Shown here: positions 49,023-55,378 of the stretch, in pieces
Position numbering within the stretch: position 1 is the stretch's first letter
How the letters are laid out: every line of letters starts with the position of its first letter
Virus record (IMG/VR): IMGVR_UViG_3300020048_000016
Origin: an uncultured virus (IMG/VR IMGVR_UViG_3300020048_000016)
Taxonomy: Duplodnaviria > Heunggongvirae > Uroviricota > Caudoviricetes
Length of the DNA stretch: 55,378 nt
Reading direction: 5' to 3' (one strand)
Program-made: the position numbers and the translations under genes
The notes under the pieces: generated by a model
What the model was told of the DNA's origin: nothing
What the model saw: only the letters and a program-made list of their open reading frames with translations
Databases searched by the model: none

Positions 49023-49625
49023 TTATTTTACAATCTCCAATTCTTTAAGTGCATAATAAACAAAAAGACCAGAGAATATACACATTATAAAGTTTCCAGT
49101 AAAAAGACAATATACTAATAATAAAGATGCGGTTACTAATGAAACAATTGCTGCAATTCTAGCACCCTTCCATCTATCTCTCATATTCAACATTAAGAAA
49201 TCTTTTAAGATATGTCCACCATCCATAGGATAGATAGGTAATATGTTAAATATAAAAAGAATTAAGTTTATAGATGCAAACATAGTTATGAAATCATTTA
49301 CAACGAAATACTGAGCGAATGTTGCAATACCAAATAATAAAAGATTACTAATTGGTCCAGCAGCGTTGATCGAAATAGAATCTCTCTGAGCCATATTAGT
49401 ATCAATAGATGCAGAACCTGCAAATAAACCTACATTGATACCATATACACGATAATGATACCTATTAGCAACAAATGCGTGAGCCATTTCATGTACTAGT
49501 ATCGCAATGAATGCAGATACAAAAAGATTAATATTAAATCCAGTTAAAGGAAGTAATAATAAGAACCAAATACTAACCGTTACTGGTGTTCCTTGAAAGT
49601 CAAATAATTTAAATTGTTTATCCAT
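49023..49625 (-). CDS. Site-2 protease (M50 family)
   Basis: HEMAH, AGPISN, FNILPIYPMDGG; multiple TM segments. Confidence 0.92.
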   Translation of the reverse strand: MDKQFKLFDFQGTPVTVSIWFLLLLPLTGFNINLFVSAFIAILVHEMAHAFVANRYHYRVYGINVGLFAGSASIDTNMAQRDSISINAAGPISNLLLFGIATFAQYFVVNDFITMFASINLILFIFNILPIYPMDGGHILKDFLMLNMRDRWKGARIAAIVSLVTASLLLVYCLFTGNFIMCIFSGLFVYYALKELEIVK

Positions 49626-49647
49626 TTTTTATCTTTTTTATTTATTT

Positions 49648-50418
49648 TTAATCCGCACACGAAAATAAATCATCAAGGCTCATCGAACCACTGATATCTA
49701 TATAAGAACCACCGTATATACCACTAGGTAGTTCAGAAACAAATTCAATTGCTGGTTTATCGCTTAGAATATTTTGAATTCTTTGATCTCTAGCAACTGA
49801 AGTATCATCCATTTCAATTTGTTTCCAACCTCTTTCTATGAATTTATAACTTCTCATAACAGATCTACTATGAGAATACATCTTTGCATTTTTGTTAATA
49901 TAGAAACTAAGGTTCTGACAATGTGCTATCGCATTAGGATAATTCTCATATAAATGTACACCATCCCAACTAACACCACAACAACTGATATCAACATTTT
50001 GAATTAGTTCAACGAAAGCTTGTTCATAATATTTTGAATCTGATGTGAACGCTATACCAGCCTTTAAAGAATTAATAACCGGTCTAATCAACTGAACTAT
50101 TTTAGTTCCTTTCATCCAAGTTCTAGGTTCGTTAATAATTCGAATATCAGTATAAACAGAAGAAAGATCTTTTGGTGTTAAACTCTCCATATAACTATAA
50201 CCTTGTTCTTTCAAAGTAAACTCAACTAATCTACAAGATTGTGCACCAACTAAGATATCGACATCATTAATTGATTGTCCTGCAATTATATCACGAATTG
50301 CACCACCAAATACTCTGACTAATCTTTTTACTTTTATTGAATTTTCATCAATCGGAGTTCGATTGAATAGGAGTTTAGAATCAAATTCTAAATATTCATC
50401 TAATTTTTCTTTTATCAT
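49648..50418 (-). CDS. Nucleotidyltransferase (CCA/poly(A) polymerase head-like, short)
   Basis: FGGAIRDII..INDVDI; carries RDQRIQNIL tag near the C-terminus. Confidence 0.65.
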   Translation of the reverse strand: MIKEKLDEYLEFDSKLLFNRTPIDENSIKVKRLVRVFGGAIRDIIAGQSINDVDILVGAQSCRLVEFTLKEQGYSYMESLTPKDLSSVYTDIRIINEPRTWMKGTKIVQLIRPVINSLKAGIAFTSDSKYYEQAFVELIQNVDISCCGVSWDGVHLYENYPNAIAHCQNLSFYINKNAKMYSHSRSVMRSYKFIERGWKQIEMDDTSVARDQRIQNILSDKPAIEFVSELPSGIYGGSYIDISGSMSLDDLFSCAD

Positions 50419-50891
50419 TTGCTTGATTTAAACCAGTTTAAGATCTCATCTACCTTAGTCTTCATTTCAGAAGAAGTTACTTTGTCGTGTGCAACTGCAT
50501 ATGATAACATCATAATTACATCCTTCTCTGTAAATTCTTTTTCATCACAAGGAGAAACATGAACATCTCCATTAGATCTTAGTTTTACAACTTTATCTTT
50601 CCAGTTTTCTTTTTGAAGATATAAATAAACAGATTTTATTTTTTTAAACTTATCAGTGTATGTCCACATAAAGTCTAATCCAATAGTTGGGTAACCATCA
50701 TCTTTTTCTGATGTTGCTAAAACTTTATCATCATTACGAAACTCAACCTTTACACTTTGACCACCTTCAAATTTAGTTCCTAAATGTTGTAAAGAAATAC
50801 CGTCTTCATCTTCAAACATTCTAATATTAGTAACATTATCAGATTCTACCAAATGTACTGAACATTCTATTTTAATATAATCATTAATCAT
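50415..50891 (-). CDS. Hypothetical protein
   Basis: Likely start MINDY at 50891; FTEKDV...NWF C-terminus. Confidence 0.6.
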   Translation of the reverse strand: MINDYIKIECSVHLVESDNVTNIRMFEDEDGISLQHLGTKFEGGQSVKVEFRNDDKVLATSEKDDGYPTIGLDFMWTYTDKFKKIKSVYLYLQKENWKDKVVKLRSNGDVHVSPCDEKEFTEKDVIMMLSYAVAHDKVTSSEMKTKVDEILNWFKSSK

Positions 50892-50895
50892 AATA

Positions 50896-51141
50896 TTACT
50901 TTTTTTCTCTTTTAAAAACATAGTATTGTGCAAATGCTCTATCATTTGCAACTGCAGAGTGAGTTATTAATTCCCAACCACTATTACCAAGTGCATTCAA
51001 TTGTCTAAGTGTTAATGCTCTATTGAAGTGCATATACTCAATCTTAGTATCATTCCAAACCATTTGCTCTTCTGTCATTAATGGTTTCTCAACAGGTTTG
51101 AAAAATGTTTTGACTTTCTCTTTAAACTTATTATAATTCAT
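50896..51141 (-). CDS. DUF4177-like small protein
   Basis: LNALGNSGWELI...YYVFKR. Confidence 0.65.
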   Translation of the reverse strand: MNYNKFKEKVKTFFKPVEKPLMTEEQMVWNDTKIEYMHFNRALTLRQLNALGNSGWELITHSAVANDRAFAQYYVFKREKK

Positions 51142-51147
51142 AATTAT

Positions 51148-51390
51148 TTATTTAACAGATTTAACTTCAAAATTTACAAAATCAACAGAGTTTAAAAATT
51201 CAAGACTATAGAACTCTCTTTCTACTCTATCAACCAAATATGATTTAATTTTTTCTTTAAACTCTTCAATTGCATTATCAAGTTGTTTACCTTTGAAACC
51301 ATCATGATTTGAAAATTGAAGATCACTTACTACTAGATTTAATGTTACTGGTAGATTAATATCAAATTTATCAGAACTTCTTTGTGACAT
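51148..51390 (-). CDS. Hypothetical protein
   Basis: ORF in a minus-strand run. Confidence 0.55.
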   Translation of the reverse strand: MSQRSSDKFDINLPVTLNLVVSDLQFSNHDGFKGKQLDNAIEEFKEKIKSYLVDRVEREFYSLEFLNSVDFVNFEVKSVK

Positions 51391-51402
51391 AATTTTTTCT
51401 TT

Positions 51403-51546
51403 TTATTTTCTTACCTTCTCTATTAATACTAAAACATTAGAGGTTGGTAAATTATACTTTCGTATCTCAGATAACCAAATTAAGTCATTAGTGCTTAAAT
51501 TTTGATTATTTTCGATAATATTAATTACTTCTTCTATTTTTGTCAT
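51403..51546 (-). CDS. Small hypothetical protein (47 aa, not in ORF track)
   Basis: MTKIEEVINIIENNQNLSTNDLIWLSEIRKYNLPTSNVLVLIEKVRK*. Confidence 0.45.
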   Translation of the reverse strand: MTKIEEVINIIENNQNLSTNDLIWLSEIRKYNLPTSNVLVLIEKVRK

Positions 51547-51561
51547 AACCTTAATTTTTAG

Positions 51562-51630
51562 TGCCTTCCCAGGATTCGAACCTGCTCACCTATTATTTCA
51601 GTGAGGTGTCTATTGACCCGATCAAGAGGC
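51562..51630 (-). tRNA. Atypical tRNA-like element (possibly a degenerate tRNA-Phe, GAA)
   Basis: T-arm CAGG-TTCGAAT-CCTG; acceptor GCCT/AGGC; mini D-arm GTC-AATA-GAC; enlarged anticodon loop containing CTGAAA. Confidence 0.5.
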
Positions 51631-51635
51631 TAATA

Positions 51636-51643
51636 CAAATATA
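51636..51643 (-). promoter_or_regulatory. Bacteroidota -7 element for the tRNA-like element
   Basis: TATATTTG-TATTA-GCCTC on the minus strand. Confidence 0.6.
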
Positions 51644-51702
51644 ATAAAATAAAATAATAAATTGGATTTGAAATATAATATATAATAAAAAAAATTAATA
51701 AA

Positions 51703-52017
51703 ATGAAAAATATTAAAACATTTGAAGGTTTCGTGAATGAAAGCAAAACCGTATCTTTAGATAATATGTCAGACGTAAATTTAAAAAAGTACAACTCTTT
51801 AATATCCTTTGTAAATAGAACTGTTGAGAAATTATTAGCGAGAGAAGGAGAATTACCAACATCTTATTTTAAACCAGGTTTAGAAGCGAGATTAGATGCG
51901 TTAACTAATAACATTAAGACTATAAAAGATATTGATGATAACATTAGTGAAATCATCTCAGTACACGCAGATCTAAAAGATGGTATCAAAGGAATGAAAG
52001 CGTCAGGTAGATTATAA
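51703..52017 (+). CDS. Hypothetical protein with N-terminal leader
   Basis: MKNIKTFEGFVNES; TAATATATA at 51676-51684. Confidence 0.7.
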   Translation: MKNIKTFEGFVNESKTVSLDNMSDVNLKKYNSLISFVNRTVEKLLAREGELPTSYFKPGLEARLDALTNNIKTIKDIDDNISEIISVHADLKDGIKGMKASGRL

Positions 52018-52127
52018 TATCAATATTAAAATACGCACGTTTTTTAATTTTTTTTATTCAACCTATTGTGGAAATGGATTTAATACCTATCTTGTTAAAA
52101 AAACTAATTAGATTTCTATAAAAGATT

Positions 52128-52163
52128 TAAAAATCGCTCAGATAATCACTGAGCGATTTTTTT
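52128..52163. terminator. Bidirectional terminator
   Basis: AAAAATCGCTCAG-ATAATCA-CTGAGCGATTTTT. Confidence 0.8.
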
Positions 52164-52467
52164 ATTCATAAAACCATTTATCTTCTTCATCATAATAATA
52201 ACTTTTTGAGTTACAATTATAATCATTCAGTATCTCACAATACACTTCATACTCTTTAGCAATCTCTTCACATAAGAATGTATCTACATCATCAATATCA
52301 GTAACATCTACATCGAAGATTATTTTGAATTCTTCTTCATCTTCATCAAAGATAACTCTCACATCTGTTTCAGGGTAATCCATATTGAATCTATCTGCGA
52401 TATTAACGGATAAATCGGTTCCGTAGTTTTGGTCATCGCTAAATCCATAAAATATAACATTAATCAT
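52162..52467 (-). CDS. Acidic hypothetical protein
   Basis: ORF in a minus-strand run. Confidence 0.6.
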   Translation of the reverse strand: MINVIFYGFSDDQNYGTDLSVNIADRFNMDYPETDVRVIFDEDEEEFKIIFDVDVTDIDDVDTFLCEEIAKEYEVYCEILNDYNCNSKSYYYDEEDKWFYE

Positions 52468-52468
52468 A

Positions 52469-52987
52469 TTAATTTCTTTTAAGTATTAAACATCTTTCTT
52501 TATCTAACTTAGGTATACCTGCCATACCAACTTCATCATCAGTTACAACTTCACTCATAATGATTTCAACATCCCATCTATCTTGACTTAGTGATTTCAA
52601 TAGTGATTTAGCATCACAACTTCTACATGTAGTATTATACTTATGAGCATTTGAATCACAGTCAAAGTTTTTAGCACAATCTCTTATGAACTCATAATAC
52701 TTGTTAGTGTCTGTAAGTTCGATGGATTTTTTGAACCCTCTAAGGAAGCCAACGTGAAATTGTATTTTTTCCATACCTGGGGTATTAGTAGGTAGTAACT
52801 CAGATTCTTTATTAACTAATTCATCTAAGTCATAACCTAGTTCAACCGATTCACAATTCTTTATATTTAGTTTATAAAGTTCATGTTCATTTGCTAATTC
52901 AGAATTTGATATGGCATAAAGATCATCAATATCATTTGTTAATGATAAGGTATAACCTTCTACCATTTTAATTAAAGTTGCTTTCAT
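52469..52987 (-). CDS. Hypothetical phage protein
   Basis: MKATLIK, KNC..GYDLDEL, WDVEI, PKLD..CLILK. Confidence 0.65.
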   Translation of the reverse strand: MKATLIKMVEGYTLSLTNDIDDLYAISNSELANEHELYKLNIKNCESVELGYDLDELVNKESELLPTNTPGMEKIQFHVGFLRGFKKSIELTDTNKYYEFIRDCAKNFDCDSNAHKYNTTCRSCDAKSLLKSLSQDRWDVEIIMSEVVTDDEVGMAGIPKLDKERCLILKRN

Positions 52988-52993
52988 ATATCA

Positions 52994-53071
52994 TTAGTTT
53001 GAATCTTTAGCTGCCATAAATAAGGCGTATCCTCCTACGACTATGACTACAATGAATAGTAATGTACACAT
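52994..53071 (-). CDS. 25-aa hydrophobic peptide (not in ORF track)
   Basis: MCTLLFIVVIVVGGYALFMAAKDSN*; TATATTTG at 53092-53099 (minus). Confidence 0.45.
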   Translation of the reverse strand: MCTLLFIVVIVVGGYALFMAAKDSN

Positions 53072-53139
53072 ATTATTTTTTATATAGAATACAAATATAT
53101 GGAATTAATTTTAATATATACATTTAATAAAATAATTAT

Positions 53140-54587
53140 ATGATGAGATATATTAAATTTTTTGAAGAATTTAAAGGTAAAAGAGTTATTGTTAAATCTG
53201 AAGATAAAAAGAAGTTAAGAGAAATAACCAGAGTTATAATTAAGTACTGTAAAGAGGATAAGTTAACTAAGGGTATTCATGATAAATATCCTGTGTTATT
53301 TGATTTAGGTGAATTGAAAAATCTATTAAAAAGTGGTAATTATTTATATGTTAACCCCAATCCAAATAGATTAGAAATAGATAATAAAAAACATAAAGAT
53401 GATGGTTATAAGCTAGTTGATGATTATGCTAATAAACTTTCTAAGTTAAGAGGGGTAGATATTATCTTTGATAGAAAGAATGGATGTTTTACAACCGCAT
53501 CTGGGAAAGCTATGACAACTGTTAATGTTGTTTCTGAATACCCTAAAGAAAGTAACATGTCTGATAATACTGCTGGATTTCAAAATGGTAGTAATCAAAG
53601 AGTTTTTATAAATTATAAAACTGGTGATGTTGTTAGTAAATTTCATAAATCTTCAGATTATATGGTAGTTTGGGATTTTACAGGTGATAATATTTATATG
53701 TCAATTAATCGTGATATTAGAAGAGCTAGAAAAACAGATGGGAAAACTCTTTTAGAAGATATTTTTTCAACATTATATCATGAATTCATTCATTCTAATG
53801 ATCCTCTTTGTTGGGCTAATGATTATTTAGATAATAAAGAAATTTATGGTGAGGAAAGAGGTGGTGTATATGCTAGTCATGATAAAGAGGTTCAAACATT
53901 TTCTAATCAATTTTTAGAGTTAATAGAGTACTATTTTGAAAAAACTCTAAGAGGTGATACAGATGGTAATGGAGTTAATTATGATTTACCAAAAGAACAT
54001 ATAAATAACGTTTTTATTCCGGTTATAATGGAGATTGTAAAGTTTATAAATGCTGAGTCTGATAAATTAAGTGATTTTGTTATTTCAGAGTTATCGGGTA
54101 CTAATAAAAATAGTAGTAGTACTAGGTCAGTTTCTCAACATTTAGTTAATATGAGAAATGAGGATGCTGAAGATGGTAAAGTTATTAGACAATGGTTAAG
54201 AGATGACTTTAATAGATTTGTTGATTATTATAATTTGAAAGTGATTGAAATAAATAAGAAAAAAGAGAAGGGTCAAGAACTACCTCTTTTACATAAAGGA
54301 TTTCCATTTGAATTAACACCAGTAAAACCAACACCTGNNNNNNNNNNTTCTCAAATGCTAATCCTAATGTTATAGTTGATGTGAAGAAAAGATTAGAAAC
54401 ATTACTTAAAGATTTAAAAACTAATAACCCAGTAAGAATTAAAGATTCCGTAAGAGTTTTTTATTCTAATATAAGTCCAAAATTATCTGATAGTAATGTA
54501 TCAAGTTGGTTGAAATCACCTGAGGGTGTAAAATGGGGAGAAACAATAGTTAAGTATGAAAACTTAGTCTCACATATTTTAAAATAA
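53140..54587 (+). CDS. HExxH metallopeptidase-like protein with leader, interrupted by a scaffold gap
   Basis: MRYIKFFEEF; LYHEFIHSND, Y.SHDKEVQTF; after the N gap the frame FSNANPNVIVDVKKRL runs to 54587. Confidence 0.6.
54338..54347. other. Scaffold gap (10 N)
   Basis: N run. Confidence 1.
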
Positions 54588-54590
54588 ATA

Positions 54591-54767
54591 TTATTTATCT
54601 TTCTTATTATATTTAGTTAACCAAGATTGGAAGTTTTCATAGGTCCATTCATCTACAAAGTCGTCACCCCATGTCAACTTTGAATATTGTTTACGACCAG
54701 CTTTAAAAGCCTTCTTCAAATCTTCTTCTGTGTAAACCTTAATAGGTTCATTTGTTTCTTCACTCAT
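54591..54767 (-). CDS. Small hypothetical protein (58 aa, not in ORF track)
   Basis: MSEETNEPIKVYTEEDLKKAFKAGR...FQSWL; TATTTTTG at 54772-54779, 4 nt before the ATG. Confidence 0.6.
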   Translation of the reverse strand: MSEETNEPIKVYTEEDLKKAFKAGRKQYSKLTWGDDFVDEWTYENFQSWLTKYNKKDK

Positions 54768-54803
54768 AATACAAAAATAGGAATTATTTTTAATATATAC
54801 ACT

Positions 54804-55355
54804 ATGAGAATAAAAAGTTGGAGGAAGTTCTTCGAATCGGTTGAAGATAGTTTAGAAGACATCAAATGGGTTTTAGTTGACTATGATAATATAGTTCCTT
54901 ATGATTATTATCCTAACTCAACTAATTTACTTGTATTCAGAGTATCTGGTTATGGATTATCAAAAGCTGATTTTGAGAGAATAAAAAGACTTTCTAATGA
55001 AGAAGGTTGGAGTGTTGTAAATAAGCCAGGATTTCTTATTTTCTATAAAGGAACTAAAGAAGAAGCTATTTTAAATTGGTTAGATGAGAATTATAATAAT
55101 CTTAAAATTAAAGTTATATCAAAAGGTGAAGACCAATACTATAAGGAAAATGAGTATCTAATTTCATTTACTGTTGATAAAACTTTTAATCCGAATTATG
55201 AATTACTTTATAACAATATATTTATGAAAAGTGATTTATATTATATACCACATGTTTGTATTGGAGATGCTAAATTATTAGATGATATTTTAAAGAAGTG
55301 GTTAGAAAGGACTTATGGTATTAATAATGTAACTAACATTTATTATGTGGATTGA
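54804..55355 (+). CDS. WLEETY paralog family member 5, with leader
   Basis: MRIKSWRKFFES, LEDIKWVL, WLDENY, KWLERTYGI; TAATATATA at 54791-54799. Confidence 0.7.
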   Translation: MRIKSWRKFFESVEDSLEDIKWVLVDYDNIVPYDYYPNSTNLLVFRVSGYGLSKADFERIKRLSNEEGWSVVNKPGFLIFYKGTKEEAILNWLDENYNNLKIKVISKGEDQYYKENEYLISFTVDKTFNPNYELLYNNIFMKSDLYYIPHVCIGDAKLLDDILKKWLERTYGINNVTNIYYVD

Positions 55356-55378
55356 TATAGATATTTCTAATAATGAGA

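Noticed and set aside
54381..54587. Separate 68-aa gene or programmed frameshift
   Set aside because: The frame change coincides with the 10-N gap; most likely the C-terminus of the 53140 gene.
1..55378. Stop-codon reassignment as seen in some large phages
   Set aside because: Conserved genes (folD, folA, clpP, dcm, baseplate) are full length in code 11 and coding density is high.
1..55378. Bacterial chromosome origin
   Set aside because: Housekeeping-like genes are isolated among ORFans with a baseplate gene and no bacterial operon structure.

Overview
Very AT-rich, gene-dense segment of a large T4-like (myovirus-type) jumbo phage genome. It reads in standard code 11 and has two 10-N scaffold gaps. 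Phage evidence: a T4 gp6-like baseplate wedge gene, a gp23-like capsid fragment, a Cas4-like exonuclease, many short ORFans, and isolated host-like metabolic genes outside operon context. The host is probably Bacteroidota (Flavobacteria-like): ten TAnnTTTG sigma-A -7 boxes, no Shine-Dalgarno motifs, and Bacteroidota-type DUF151-UVR, Hc1 and Skp genes. Auxiliary genes include folD, folA, a purH cyclohydrolase domain fused to an AAA ATPase, gmk, two MazG-type enzymes, hutG, clpP, HU, dcm, and a PgaC-like synthase coupled to a predicted outer-membrane barrel. The most striking unexplained structure is a two-tag sorting of the ORFans. About two dozen unrelated proteins share an N-terminal MK(Y/H)(I/L)KxF/YExF..(N)E leader resembling the T4 capsid-targeting sequence and mostly follow a WWATATATA motif (putative late promoter). 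About 14 different proteins share a (mostly C-terminal) R(D/E)xK(I/L)xx(I/L)(I/L) tag. Also present: a five-member paralog family with 24-bp direct repeats at 3' ends, and an atypical tRNA-like element with its own host-type promoter. All family calls are from motif recognition by eye; no database searches were run.
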